DNA of 64,000 nucleotides from Octopus sinensis (lineage: Eukaryota): positions 21,142,001 to 21,206,000 of the forward strand of contig NC_043005.1 of the NCBI RefSeq assembly GCF_006345805.1. Reading direction: 5' to 3'. Shown here in pieces: positions 39,951-54,196 of this stretch. The notes below the pieces were generated by a model. It was given only the letters and a program-made list of their open reading frames with translations. It had not been told where the DNA came from and searched no databases. Position 1 is the stretch's first letter. Every line of letters begins with the position of its first letter. Both the position numbers and the translations under genes were made by a program.

Positions 39951-41064
39951 ACAGAGATTTTCCGCTAATAAAAGCTGTTATTAGATTCAGCACCACTACT
40001 AGGTCTTTCAGGTGGTCATGGCAAATATGGAGGACAACACTTGATCCAATGTTAATATCATCATTATTACAACAAACTCGCATTGGTACATAAAAGTTCA
40101 AGCTGGGTATGTACAGCATTAATATCATAAGTGCAGAAGGAAGGTTGATTTCAGAATTTCATGACATAGCTATTTTTGTTATGGATGCCTTATTAAAAAA
40201 TAAAAATTGCAACTCATTGTAATCAGTTATGTATTCATTATTGAGGAACATAACCAAAAATAATTAGAAAAAGCAATGATATTGTGTGATATTTATGTCT
40301 TTCTCAAGGGCATTCAGTAAACTTAGAATGTGAATCAAACCCAGATCATTGACTCATACCATTCTTATACTAAAAGAACAATTAGTTATGTAGCTGATTA
40401 ATTAAAATTTCCCCTTGAGTTGCTGGTAAAAATCATTATTCAGAAGAGGCATCATAAAGATAATTACTTCTGATGAATTAAAATCTTTTAGCTAGTTACA
40501 TAATTTTTGAGTGTCCACATGTACTATATATTTATCTTTATTCAGTAAATGATGATGAAAATGAAATTACTTTTGTAAAATCTGTAAAGTCATGGGCCTT
40601 TTATATTCTCGTTTCTTATCACAACAGGATGTAATTTGCCTTTCATACTTCTGTCATTGATAAAATAAGCACTACTGAAATACTTAGGTTGATCTATTTT
40701 CATGTATTCTCTTCTGCAGGATCTGTGGCTTTGTGTTTAAGTTAGGAACTATTATCATTAATATTGGTAACTTCAAAAATAATTATAATTATTCTTATCT
40801 TTAAGAGAAATGGTTTGTTAGAATCATTCAAAGATCAGACAAAATGTGTCGTCTTTGTTCTGGCTTTTTAACTTCTGAGATCACCTCCTGTTGATATCGA
40901 CTTTGCCCTAACTAGGACATTAAAATACAGTGTCATTCAAATGATAAGGATAAGTCATTTGACCAATTCTTACCTCAGCAATTTGATTTTCTTTCTGTTT
41001 TGGAAATTATTATTGTTCTTATTGTTGTTAATTTTCATTGGTCTAATTTTTACTTTTACTCCAG

Positions 41065-41304
41065 AAACTGAGATTTATTTTGTGAAAGTAAACGATGCAA
41101 CTCTGGATGTACCTGAGAAAACACTGTTGAAGGAGGAGAACATGACAGCAGAAACATGTGCACACAAATGTTTGTTAGACAAGACCTGTTTATCATTTGA
41201 AATAGTTAAAACAGAAGGAAAATGTTACTTATCAAAAACAAGTGCAGCTGTCCACAAGAAATTAAAAACAACAAGACTCAGGGATTACTACCAAAGAGTA
41301 AACC
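41065..41304 (+). CDS. PAN/Apple-like exon PB2 (TEIYFVKVNDATLDV...CAHKCLLDKTCLSFEIVKTEGKCYLS...DYYQRVN)
   Basis: actccag acceptor and C|gtaatt donor; 240 nt; within ORF 40941..41351; paralog of PB1. Confidence 0.88.
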
Positions 41305-43789
41305 GTAATTATTCTTTACATTTTAGTATTGGACTTAAACATATTTTTTGAAATGCTTCATTCCATTTGTACTTCACATTGATAAGTTTACTTATAAAGA
41401 CAGACATTGATTTTTAAAAAATAAAATAGAAATGCAATGCTAGGAAGTATAAATACTGTTAAGGTATTTTCATTCAACATCTGTTCTTATTGAACATTTA
41501 TATGCATGCGTTCAGTTGGTTTTATTTTTAATATGTAAAAAAGGAAATTTGTTTTACTTAAATCTGTAGTAGCAGTAGATGCGGTGGTGGTGATGGTGGT
41601 TAAAGTTACAGCAGCAGCAACAGTGTTAGATTTAATAGCAGTGTCAGCAATACCTGTAACAACTTTTTCTTTATTGTTCTATGTTGGCATAGCTTAGACA
41701 TTGATATTACTGCACAGTGTCTCACTACTAGTTGCTATCCTACATAATCTGACATATGAAATAACAGAAAATTTTATGCTTATCTTGGAAGATTATTTCC
41801 TATATTTTGTTGTTATGGCAGGATGCCCTTCATATCACCAAACTATTATGCTAAATGAAGGGAGTACATTTTCCCATGTCCCTAGAATCAGAGATTTTGT
41901 CTGCTGGGACCAAGTAATCTTCTCTACTTAAAAAAGATTCTCTTCAGAAAGCCTCACTAGGAGAACAGATAATTCCTAGGGATTACAAATAATATTCCTT
42001 AATTACTAAAACAATCTCTAATTTATCCTCAGATAAAAATACATTTAATTGTATTTTTTTAAAGTACAACAATGTGTTAGCTAGGATTGGTTTTTGTCAG
42101 AAGTTAGCATAAACAGAGCATCCTCCAGTTTCACACCTTCAACACAAATGTCTTCTTTACTATAGCTAGGAACTTTTTGTCTTTCATTAAGCACCCTTTC
42201 TCTGACATATAATAAGCTTATGAATCTGCATGGAGTTGAAGTTTATTATTCCTGTCTTGATAACATGACTTCCAGCTTTGTATGTTACAAGAGGAAAAGC
42301 ATACACTTATCCAGCTTTTGTCTGAGACAACCACCTGTAACTGACAAAACAATTCATCTCTCCTCTGATGTGGGTGCTACAACTACATCATCCTGATGTT
42401 GTTACCACAACTATATCTAATCCTGACAACCTGTGTAAAACTGTTACATATTCCTCTACTCTTATTGCACATGACCTCCACTGGGTATACTGTACTGTCA
42501 CATGAAATTACCACACTGAATCCCACTGAGACTGATGCTAACCTACAACTAACAGATCACCAACAGATGGGGTTGTATGCATGTGAGCCCTCCTAATGTC
42601 AGGCTTTGAGATCCTATTCTCTAAGCAGTAATTATGTGTGGAAGAATGTAATCTAGAAGTGCACTGTAGTAACTTGTAATGCCAGTATATACTATACAGG
42701 ATCCACAGCTCACCTAAGAAGAGGATCTTCAGACAATAACCCCAGACTCTGGCTTTCTACAACTTTTAGCTGAGTACATATCTAATCTTAAATCTAAAGG
42801 TGTTGAATATGAAACCAACTGGTTAGTAATTGACATAACACCACCCTACCAACCCATTGGGCACCAGTGCAGATGCTGACTGCATAAAGCCATTGCTATA
42901 TTCACAGCAGATGGCCCTTCCTTGCTCAACAAGTAAATTGAACTCATGAGTAGTTGCAAACATTGTTGAAAATGTCTGTTTAATTCCTATGAGGAGTAGC
43001 CTTGAACTTCATCTTAGCACCATACTCCCTCTCCCTTTAATTCTCACCTTCCATACCATGTTTTCATCCTCCACACTTGCACTGCATGTCAGCTGCTTTT
43101 AACCTATTTATTGTTCCTCTGTTGTGTAAGGCCTGCAATGAGTACATTAACCTGCTTGTTGCGATAAACTTTATTGTGATCATTTCTACCACCATGAGTA
43201 TTTCATTCTATTCCTTCTTTCCTTCCCCTTGACTCTTTGGTCATTGGGGCATTCATTGATGACATCACATCCAGATTTCACTACTTCTCTTGGTCTTCTG
43301 TTGCCTTCTGTATGTCAGTAACCCAGTCGGTGACTGACTTTGTATGGGTTCTGGTCTTGTTGTCAACGTCATGAATGCATCAAGGGCAGGTTAATATGGT
43401 GATGCCCATCCATCTCTAAGCTGTTTGCTACAACTATATGCCTCTACCAGAGACATGCCTTAGACCCAAACACTTGGACATTGACCTTAGCAGGTTTCTC
43501 TTCCTTAACTGGTGACTTTTTGGGAAGTCTTACCTGGAGCCTTCCACCACTGGTATGGTGTTAACGTTATTCCCCCCACTTGATTTAACCCACTAACTGA
43601 AGTTCAAGACGATATTGTGCTCATAAGTATCATCAGGTGAGAGAGTAGGAGCTGAATGAGGACCAATGATGTTTGTCTACCTGACCATCCCTAAAAAGAT
43701 GTAGCTGTCAGACACCAAAGATATTACCACTATTCAGAACCCCCTTACAACCCTTTTATTATTATTATTCACAGAATTCCAGTAGCCTA

Positions 43790-46272
43790 ATCCCCTCATC
43801 GTGAAGGGGTATACGGTGGCCATGGTATTGGCACCCAAAACGACGAGGGGACTAGGCTATTGGAATTCTGTGATGCATGTAACCTTTTAATCTGCAACAC
43901 TAACTTCAGGAAGCCAGACAGTCATCTTATAACTTATCAATCAGGGGACACTGCTAGCCAGATTGATTTCACCCTCACCAGACAGCGGGATGCAGGGTTG
44001 CTCTAAAATACAAAGACCCTCCCAGGTGAAGAATGTATTCCCCAGCATAGGCTAGACATTAGTGACTTTAGGCTCGAGGCCAGAAGGATACCTAGAAGCA
44101 GACCAATCCAGAAAAGAAGGATTTGGAAGCTAAAGAACCCTTCACACGGTCAGAGATTTAGGGACATCCTCATCAAGAAATTTGATGAGAGGGAGGAGGA
44201 GCTACAGACATCGGACATAGAAGGTAGCTGGAAATTCTTTCAGGACAGCTTGCTGAGTGCCACAGACCAAGTTTGCGGATGGAGCAAAGTCCCTTCCAGA
44301 CCCAGAGTTACATGGTGGTGGAATAGAATGGTAGACAAAGCCATTAGGGCAAAGAAACAGGCCTGGAAATCCTGGAAGGATGGTGGTAGCAGAGAATGGT
44401 ACCAGGTAGCCAGAAGGGAGGCTGGGCAGCAGGTATACATAGCCAAGAGTGAAGCAGAAAAGAAGTTTGCCAGTGCCCAGAGACGCGAGGACCAAAGAAC
44501 TGAGGTATTTCAGATTGCAAATCAGTGTGTGAGAGAAAATTGTGATGTCACAGGAGAGAAATGTGTTCGAATGGATGATGGTGCACTTGCTTTTAATGAT
44601 TCTGAAAAGAAAGAGGCTTGGAGAAGCCATTATGAAAGACTGCTGAATGTGGAGAATGAATGGGAGGAGGAGAATGAATGGGAGGAGGGACCAGCTATCC
44701 AAATAGGCAGCTCCCTAGTAGTTAAAGCAATTAACGGTATGAAGCCAGGAAAAGCCCCCGGCCCATCAGGATTCACTGCTGAGATGCTTAAAGCATCTGG
44801 TGGTGTGGGCTATGGCTTAGTCACCCGCATTGTAAATCAGGTAGTACATAACAGAGTCATACCCAATAACTGGTGTAGCAGCACCATAGTTAACTGCCAC
44901 AAGGGTAAAGGTGATGCTCTAGATAGGAATAACTACAGGGGTATTAAACTGCTGGATCAGGGGATGAAGGTCACAGAGAGGGTCATAGTCCATCTCATTA
45001 GGGAGAGAGTCTGCTTAGATGAGATGCAGTTTGGTTTTGTTCCGGGTAGAAGCACCACTGATGCCATATTCCTGGTTCAACAACTGCAGGAGAAATACCT
45101 AGCTAAAGATAAACCCCTCTACTTAGCTTTTGTGGACTTGGAGAAAGCCTATGACAGGTTCCCCTGATTCCTTATCGGGTTGGCAATGTGGAAACTGGAG
45201 CTTGATGAATGGTTAATAAGGGCTGTACAGGCCCTATACAGAGAGGCCGTTAGTAAGGTTAGGATTGGCAACGAGTATAGTGAAGAATTCCATGTAGAAC
45301 TAGGGGTCCACCAAGGTTCAGCTCTTAGCCCTCTTCTATTCATCATATTCCACCAGGCAATAACAGAGGAATTCAAGACGGGTTGCTCCTGGGAGCTCCT
45401 TTATGCTGATGACCTGGCCCTCATAGCAGAATCACAACCGGAACTAGAAAAGAAATTTCGGGTGTGGAAGCTAGGTTTAGAACCAAAGGGCCTTAGAGTA
45501 AATGTAGCAAAGACCAAAGTTATAGTAAGCAGAAAGGCGAACTCATCACACATACCCTTGGGCAGGTGGCCCTGCTCGATCTGTAGAAAAGGTGTAGGTA
45601 GAAACTCCATAAGATGTACCCAGTGTAAGCTATGGTTGCACAAGAGGTGCAGCAACATCAAAAGAAAATTAACTGAGAAGATAGCTTTCATGTGCAGCAG
45701 ATGCACAGGGGCAATACACACCACAGATACTCAGAAAACAGATTCCATCACACTCCAGGGGAAGAAACTAGAGGTAGTTGGCAGTTTCCACTATCTAGGT
45801 GACCAAGTTAGTAGTGGGAGTGGATGCTCAGATAGTGTCACCACTAGAATACAAATAGCCTGGGCAAAGTTTAGAAAGCTCCTACCCCTACTGGTGACAA
45901 AGGGTCTCTCACTCAGAGTGAAAGGTAGTTTGTACGATGTATGTGTGTGAACTGCCATGCTTCACAGTAGTGAAACATGGGCTGTAACTGCAGAGGACAT
46001 GCGTAGACTTGAAAGAAATGGAAATTGTAATTATGATACCTGTGCTGGCGGCACGTAAAAAGCACTATCCGAACGTGACTGCTGCCAGCCTCCCCTGGCA
46101 CGTAAAAAGCACCCACTACACTCATGGAGTGGAAGGGCATCCAGCTGTTGAAACTCTGCCAGATCAGACTGGTGCAGCCTTCTGGCTTCCCAGACCCTGG
46201 TCAAACTGTCCAACCTGTACTAGCACGGAAAACGGATGTTAAACGACGATGATGATGATAATGATGATGATG
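43790..46272 (+). pseudogene. 5'-truncated RTE-clade LINE (partial endonuclease + RT + tail)
   Basis: ORF 44250..45167 (RGIKLLDQ, FVDLEKAYD) and 45180..45950 (GVHQGS, LLYADD, YLGD); the tail ends ggatgttaaacgacgatgatgat. Confidence 0.92.
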
Positions 46273-46279
46273 ATTCGAT

Positions 46280-47930
46280 GAAATCTTGTTGGTGTTCTCT
46301 CTTTACACTTGCACCATTCTTTTTCAGCCCTGCTGGTACTTCTAAGTGCACTAATTACTATTGGTATCACATCTACTCTCTTCATTAGCCACAACTTCCA
46401 TATTTCCTACCTAAAATCATCATAGTTGTTTATTTTTTTCTTCTTCTTTCACATTGCTCCTGTTGTCACTGGAGTATGCTATGTCGATTATCATACACGT
46501 TCTTTCTTTTTTATTCACCACAACTATCTCCAGTTTCCAAAGTCTGGTCAGGTGATCACACTGAATCATTGCATCTCACAGGATTTTGCAATTCTCATTT
46601 TCGGTGACTCCTTCAGGAGTTTGTTCTTACCACATCTTTGCAGGCCATGATTTCCACAGAGTGCCCAATGGATCATTCTGGTCACATTGTTATGGCATCT
46701 TTTATATTTGTATTGTGCCAATTTCTGGCACTCACTAATGATGTGCCATACCATTTTACCCCTCTCACCACATATTCTACATTTGTCACTGTCAATGGTG
46801 TTGTCTATTCTGCACTTCATATAGTTGGTCCTTAAAGTTTGTTCCTGAGCTGTGCATATAAGTACTTCTGTCGCTATCTTCAGATCACTCCTCCTCATCC
46901 ATAGTCACCATAGCATAACATGTCTTGCCTGTCTCTAGATCCCACTTTTCACAGTTTCCAATGTAGCACATTCGCTACCTTATTATGTCACCACAACTTG
47001 TAATGGTTTTGGGTAAGTCTAGGACATTCATTTGTGATATGGGCAGTGGTTTCATCCACTCTATCATGAATATGGCACAGTCAAGACCTTTGCTCATTCC
47101 TAAGGTTGACCCTCCATTTTGTGGTCAAAGCTTTGTCTTGTGCTCTCAGTCTTTCTTCAGTGTTCCTTTCTTTAGCCTATCCCACCTATGTTTCCCAGCA
47201 AATTCACTTGTGGGTGCATGGAATTCATTGTGTACTCCCTTGTTGTGCAATGCTTCTTCATGTCCTTTTTGTACTTCTTATTTTGCTTTTCCCTTTTTCG
47301 CTGCTTCCAATACTCCCTCATTCCTTACAGACACTAGCTAGATTCCTGAGTTTGATACATATACAGTCTTAAACACATATCAGTCCTCTTCCTCTATTTG
47401 CTCTCCTTATGTATAGGCGATCAGTGTTTGCATGTGGATGATGAGCTCCATGCATCGTTAGGAGCTTTCTTGCCTTTCTATCCAACTCCTTTAGCTCTTT
47501 GTCTATCCACCTCAGAATTCCAGCACCATACCAAACTATTGAGATTGCTTGAGAGTTTATTGCCAAAATTACATTTCTGGCATTCAGCTTTGAAACCAAA
47601 ATTTTACTCACTTGCTGCAGTTACTCTTTATTTGTCTTTTCTTTCATATTGTTGTGTTTAATGCCATCTGCCTCAAGTATTCCCAGGTATTTCTAACCAG
47701 ATTCAATTCAATTGCCTTCATCATTTCACCACTTGTCATGCATATGCTTTCTCTCCTGACAAGCTTACCTCATCTCATCATCATAACACATTTTGAGAAT
47801 CCAAGTGCCATCTTGATATCATTCAAGAAAATCTGCACAAACTGAACTAAGCTGTCTAGTTCTGCTCCCATTTTTATGAAGTCATCCATGAACAGCAAGT
47901 GGTTCAGCTTCCCAGATCATATCCCAACTT
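46280..47930 (-). mobile_element. Two adjoining R4/Dong-like LINE relics
   Basis: The zinc-knuckle region appears twice: CRICGERGKMVWHIISEC in 46566..46898, and ETTAHITNECPRL near 47030. ORF 47369..47611 has HPHANTDRLYIRRANRGRGLICV. Confidence 0.75.
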
Positions 47931-48484
47931 TGTCTTCTGTAGTATTTCACTTGAGGGAATTAGTCTACAACATACATGGAATCACAGAAAAACAAATTTC
48001 ACAACTTGTGAAGTAAACACAGTGATGTCATTTGGTTTGCTGCCTCGTGAAGATCACTGCTAGCTCTTGCTACACTCACAATTGTATGTTGCTGTCTGTT
48101 AGCATGCTACAGCACTAGTCCAGGAATTTTTTGATACCCTCATACAAAGGATAAATTCCAGCTGTTTCCTCTTGAAGCATATTTGCTTATTCCTTTATTA
48201 CAATCCAGTATGTAGTTGAGATGTTCAAATAATTATTTGCAATCAACCTAAATGTTGAAACAAGGTTTCTTATAAGTCTGATGATCTACAACTTACATGA
48301 ATTCTTATTAGGATCTCATTTTGTGAATTAATTCTTTTGTTTATATTATGTTGTCCATTTACAAAATTATGCACCATATGTTTTACAATATTTAATATAA
48401 GAGTGTGATGTTTATGTATGTACATATGTATACTTAGGTTAGTGGAAGATTGTAAAATATATTTCTTGGTTTTTCTTTTTTCAG

Positions 48485-48718
48485 CCTCTGATAAACCCGT
48501 GGTAATTAAAAAAGCTAACATACCAGATAAGTATACTTTTGGACGATTTAAGGATAAGACCTTAGAGGAGTGTAGTCAAGCGTGTCAGCAACATCATGGA
48601 TGTAATTCTTATGAGTACAATGAGAAAGATAAAATATGTGCTCTGAGTAATGTCACTCAGACAACTGAAGAACTTAAACCTGACAGTGGAAATTGGGGTA
48701 CATATGTAATAAACTCAG
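48485..48718 (+). CDS. PAN/Apple-like exon PA2 (SDKPVVIKKANIPDK...CSQACQQHHGCNSYEYNEKDKICALS...WGTYVINS)
   Basis: ttttcag acceptor and G|gtcagt donor; 234 nt; within ORF 48418..48726; paralog of PA1 (about 36/76 aa identical, hand count). Confidence 0.88.
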
Positions 48719-49134
48719 GTCAGTAGAGTGTTTCCATTTTATTTATTGTTTGCAAACCAGTGTGTATTTATATTTACACACAAACACACACACACACACA
48801 CACACACATAGGTATGTTGGTACAAACAGAAAAAATAAAATTCAAAAGATTAGTATATATATATTTTTATTAATATTTAGCCGAAGTAACAGAATGACAC
48901 AAGGTCTGAGAGTTTTGTGCATTGGCACTTATCGAAGTTTGATAAGTACCAACAGACAAAACTCTTGGACCTTCAGTCACTCTGTTACTTCTGCTAAATA
49001 TTAATACACACTCACACACACACATAACTAGCTCTCCATTAGTTATGCCTGCAAGTGAAATTCATGTACATAGTTTTCAGGGAGATTCAGGGAAATTCAT
49101 GTACATAGTTTTCAGGGAGATTCAGTATAACATA

Positions 49135-49312
49135 AAATGTGACAAGGCTGGTCCTTTGAATTACAGATACAAATCATTTTTCCTTTGGAGTGAACTAGAG
49201 CAAGATGAAATAAAGTGCCTTGCTTAAAGATACAATGCGCTGCTGGCAATTGAACTCACGACCTTACATCATGAACCAAATACCCAAACACCCAAACCAC
49301 TAAGCCACATGG
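49135..49312 (-). mobile_element. tRNA-derived SINE
   Basis: The minus strand has gtggcttagtgg (A-box-like) and gtgagttcaattgcc (B-box-like), then ttaagcaaggcactttattt. Confidence 0.6.
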
Positions 49313-50389
49313 CAAATATTCGAGGGAAGCAAGGTGTCTAGTTCAGAGGGAGATTACTAAGGTATATAGAAAGGTATGAGAGAAGATAGAGAGGGTAGAA
49401 AGAGTGTGAGAGTGAATTGATAGTTAAGATAGCTGAGGTTAGTGGGATTATGAATGTGGGTTGGTGTTGGAGGAGAATAATGTGGTATGCAGAGGTGTGT
49501 TAAATTGAATAGAGGTGACTGTATAGAGAGAGTGGGGTAGGGTTTGAATAGGTTAGTATTAATTGCTTTTGGCGGAGGATGAGAAATGAGAGGAGACCAC
49601 TTATAAGGATGGGGAGGCTATGAGAGATGTGAGATGTAGTGGGTTAGAGGAATTTGCAAAATGAACAATGAGAGAGGATAGTTTAATAAAGAGAGTAGTA
49701 TTAAGGTAGTAAGTTGCTAGGCTCACGTACCTAAAGGGCAATCTTGTATAAGGATATTCTTAGTTATGGAATTACATAATTAACCCAAACTCATCTAGTA
49801 GCAATAATTCAACCCTCACTAACCCACCCCCTCGTCTAAGTAATACGAGACTCGGGGTATCTTCTCACAATTCTACCCAATTGGCCACATATATTAGCAG
49901 TGATACCCACTCCCAATCCAAAACAGATATACAGATTGTACTTTGGGTTCTCCTTCACTAATAACAGACTAGAGTTTGATGTCCCAAGCAGTAAACTCCA
50001 ACCACAGAGCAGGTAGGAAACCTTGCAATTATCAGATTTCTCAACTATGCCATCTTGGAAGTTTCTGTCTGAGATAGAATCACTCTGGCTGTTATGTTCT
50101 CCCATGTCCCAGTGAAAATGACACATATGCATATGTGTCTGTGTGGATGTGTGTGAAAGAGAGAGAGGCAAGGTGATGCATGTTAGGGCACTGGTGTAGC
50201 TGTGTATGCTTGTTTTTGTGTGTGCACATGTGCATGTGTGGGCATTCATGTATGTGTATATGTGATTGACTATGTGTGTTGGAGTGTGTTTACATATGTG
50301 TATGTGCCTATGAGTGTGTGGTTATGTGCATATGAATGTGTGTGTATATATATGTGCATATGGAAATAAAGAAAGAAAAAATAGAAAAA

Positions 50390-50990
50390 TAAGAAAAAGA
50401 CAAGGAGGGGGACATGTTTAGTCCAAATGGAGTTTGGATTTGGAGAATGAAAATGTAGCACTGTTCAAAGCAAGGTCTGGTGTTGGTGAATCCTTGTTGT
50501 GAGCCCAGGCCAAAGAGAGTAACGTTTGAGGTGGAGTGGCTGGCAAGGGAAAAAAAGATGTAGTGATGGGGGTATTTTTTCACAGATGAATGTCCCCGTA
50601 AGTGTTCTTTGAGGGTTTCATCTAGCACCTCATTACTACCATATTTTCTTCCCAGCTAATCGCACGCCTCCTTATATAGTGCATGGCAGGTATGTACTGT
50701 TCCTATATCAAGACACTTGTATGCATCTCTTAATGATACTCTAATCTAACACCTGGCATAAATCCATCTTCCCTCTCAAATACTCACCCCTCAAACTTAG
50801 ACAAGGGGTATTTTCATTTACACCCATATATCTAATAAAGTCTTCGGAAAGACCCTTTTGGCACTCAATCTGATAGGTTTGAATACAGAAAGTGATGTTA
50901 AGTATAGAGCAAATAGTTAAAGTCAGTTGGGTGTGAAATTGGGGTATTACCAGAGAAGCACTCAACCAGAATACTAGACTATCAACAAGC
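50390..50990 (-). mobile_element. Penelope-like element GIY-YIG C-terminal relic
   Basis: ORF 50308..50628: LKEHLRG...HS...GL...R..FEQ..IF.LQ..TPFGLN. Confidence 0.6.
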
Positions 50991-51525
50991 CAAGGCTGGA
51001 ATACTTCTGGTGTAGAAATGTGCTGAGTCTGCTGAAATGAACAGATAGGTCAACATGTAATTTTTTATTATCTTGCTTTTCCCTGATGATATTTTGGTCA
51101 TAACTTATAAATACAAATTAAATGCATAAATTTGTAATTTATCCAGTGAGCATAAATGGAAACAACTGTTGGAAGAAATGATTGTCAATTTATTAATAAA
51201 TAAATATTAACCACTAACTCACCATTTTCTCTTAATTTATGTGTTCTTTTATTCTTTTACTTCTTTCAGTCATTTGACAGCAGCCATATTGGAGCACCAC
51301 CTTTATGTGTGCGTGTGTGTGTGTTTGTGTATATATATATATATATATATATCAAATGATGTGGCTGTACCTACTGACATACATGAATGTATTTATATCT
51401 GTATGCAAATTTCTTCAGTTTGTTACAGTCAATATCTTTTGTTATAAATTTGCTATTATCTCCCATTTTCACCCTTCTCTTCACATATACTTACCTTTGA
51501 TATGAATTTCTCTTATGAATTCAAG

Positions 51526-51696
51526 TTCGCAGAAAAATTGATTGTGGACCACCGATTGACGTTGCTGGTGCATCAAAGTCTTACACTTCCACCACCTTTA
51601 AATCTAAAGTAACTTATACTTGTCCAAGAAGAGAAAAATTTAAATCAAAATGTAAAAAGAACAGTAAATGGACTCAAGTACCGTCTGTTTGCAAAG
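51526..51696 (+). CDS. Sushi/CCP-like exon S4 (RRKIDCGPPIDVAGASKSYTSTTFKSKVTYTCPRREKFKSKCKKNSKWTQVPSVCK)
   Basis: aattcaag acceptor positioned by alignment with S1/S5 and G|gtaat donor; 171 nt; four Cys plus Trp conserved. Confidence 0.85.
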
Positions 51697-52229
51697 GTAA
51701 TGTAAATATGTTCTCACTTGTTGCCTCTGTCTTTGTAATTTTGTTCTAGTTTTATTAAATGTCTTTCTCAGAGGAAGAATGGTTGACTCCAAAACAATTT
51801 TCTCTGATCAGAGGCATCTTCAAATGCTTGCAAGAGAGTGAACTTTATTCAACATATTCAAGGGCCAGGTAATGTTATTAATCTTGATGATGGTTTAAAT
51901 CTGTCTCACAAGAACAGCAAGTGTGGAAGTTTAGGCAAAAGACACAGATATAGTGTTCAGGCAGATGTTGTGGGCTAACATACTTTTAACTGAAAATTAG
52001 GTGGATAAGGTGACTGGGTGGTTTCCATATGTATATGGAGGCCACAAAGTTGTTTCTTGTGATGAAGAGGGAGTGAGTCTACTGGAATTATGTGATGTAA
52101 ATAACCTAATGATCTGCAGCACCAGATTGTGGAAGCCAGTCATCTGACCATCTATCAATCTGAAGGCCACACTAGCCAGAAAGAGAGATACATGGCTGCT
52201 CAAAATGCAAAAATGAAGAATATACTCCT

Positions 52230-53220
52230 CAACAGAGGTTAGTCATTACTGACTTCGTACTATAGGCTAGGATTCCAAGAAGTTAACTATTCTGAACAAG
52301 AAGGATTTGAAAGCTTAAGGATCCTTTGAATAGTCAGAGATTTAGAGCCATCCTAATTGAGTGTAATTAGAGTCATCCTTATTGAAGTGTTAAGGAGAAG
52401 GATGAAGAAATAGAGACATGCAACGAGGTTTTTACAGGACAACTGGGGATTCCTATAAGGGAACTTACTGAGAGTCATAGTCCAAACCTGTGGCCGGTAT
52501 AAAACCCCATCCAGACCTAGAAGAACAGGAAAGTAGACAGGGCTGTTTGAAGAAAGAAACAAGCCTGGAAGGACTAGAAGGGTAAGGATATTTGTAACAA
52601 GAAGAGAAGCAAGGTGACAGGTATATTTAGCTAGGGAAGAAGCTAGGAAGAAGTTTGCCATTGTTTTGCAACATGCAGACCAGAAGCATGAGATGTTCTG
52701 GATTGTAAGACAATGTGTTAGAGAGAATTGTGATGTTGTATGAAAGAAGTGTGTTTACATGAATGATGTTTCACTTGCACTTGTGATTTTGCAAAGAAAG
52801 AGGCATGGATGGAAATGTCACTATGAAAGGCGGCTAAATGTGGAGAATACATAGAAGGAGAGTTTGCCTGATGTGGATTCAAAAGAGAGACCAGTTATTT
52901 GAGTTGAGGGCAGCATCATAGATAAAGTTAAGGATATGATAACTGGGAAATTCCCTGGTCTATCAAGAATTACTATTGATATCTAGCAGAGTGGGATGGT
53001 TGTCCAAGAAGAAGTCATATCCAACAACTGATGTAGCAACATTACAGTCAACTGACACAAAGGTAAAGGTGATTCCTTAGACAGAAATAATTACTGAAGT
53101 ATCAAATTGACAGAAAAGTCATGAAAGTTACAGAAAAGGCCATAGCTCAACTAATTAAGAAGAGAGTTAACCTATATGAGATGCAGTTTGGTTTTTTGCC
53201 AGTGTAGTAAAGCAACTGTA
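52230..53220 (+). mobile_element. Degenerate RTE-clade LINE fragment
   Basis: Collinear with 44050-45120 (gaagaagtttgcc, gagagaattgtgatgt, gagatgcagtttggttt), with many stops. Confidence 0.75.
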
Positions 53221-53699
53221 GGAGAAGCACTTAGCAAGAATAAACTATACTACTTGGCACCTATCAATGTGCAGGACCGGATTTATGGGGATGCCAAGAG
53301 GGCAATTGCCCTATGCCTCCTTCGATATTTGGGCCCCTTTCTATGAAGGATATGGAGCACTCAATACAGGGAGACCCTCCACTTCCCAACAGTCCTGCAT
53401 GAAGAGCCAGTCTTTCAAATTACAAACATCTCAACTTCTTAAAAAAATGTAATGGATTCATTTAATATTAAATAACCATAGAATTTTCTACTTTAGCAAC
53501 ACCAATTTATTCAATTAAAAAAAAACAACTACACAGTTTGCTATTAGCCCCAACATTGGCAATAGGTTTTTCTACTTTAGTGACATCAGTCTTCATACAA
53601 TTCCCTTCCGGGGACTGTGTCACTGTGACAAAGAAAAAGAATAAAACTACCACTCCTGAAAATGTATGTATCTCATTGTCCAGTTTTATTTCAAAATTT

Positions 53700-54135
53700 C
53701 TTGCCAATAGAGAAAGAACCAGTTTCTGTGTATGCCATTGTTCAGTTTTGTTTCAAGATTTCTTGCCAATAGAGAAAGAGCCAGTTTCTAGCCTAGATTC
53801 AAGGCTCCTTCATTCAAATTTCAACATCAACAACAAGGTATTTTTGTTTGTATGTATATATGTATGTGTGCAGGTTTGTATGTTTTGCTTTATGTATGTA
53901 TTCTCATGCATATAGTTGCATATCTAGACATGCTCATATATATTTAAATGATAAAATTCTGCAAAGTTTTACAGATTTTCAGTTCCAGTAATGGATTGGA
54001 TTTGTAGTCTTCAAATTAGCTTTCTCCTTTCTGTTTCTGAGAAGTCTAATTTTTGTATTTAAGCAGTGTATTACATATCCCAGTGTCTCAATAATTACAG
54101 GTATAAGTCTGAACTTACAGTTCTATATTTAAGAG
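53700..54135 (-). mobile_element. R4/Dong-like LINE 3' end, inverted relative to 58200-58660
   Basis: Reverse complement of 58200-58660 (caagatttcttgccaatagagaaagagcc vs ggctctttctctattggcaaggaatcttg). Confidence 0.75.
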
Positions 54136-54196
54136 ATGAGGAATTATGTACATTATTTACATTCGACGGATATTTGTCCTCATCTTGTTTGTTGTT

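Noticed and set aside
42600-43750. Possible LINE ORF1/endonuclease relic on the minus strand
   Set aside because: Only vague similarity (IPVVEG, GGV), too degenerate to support without a profile search.
53507-53915. ORFs 53507..53707 (-) and 53538..53915 (+) as a host gene or hAT fragment
   Set aside because: No recognisable motif or splice structure; the + ORF runs into the antisense 3' UTR of an R4-like LINE.
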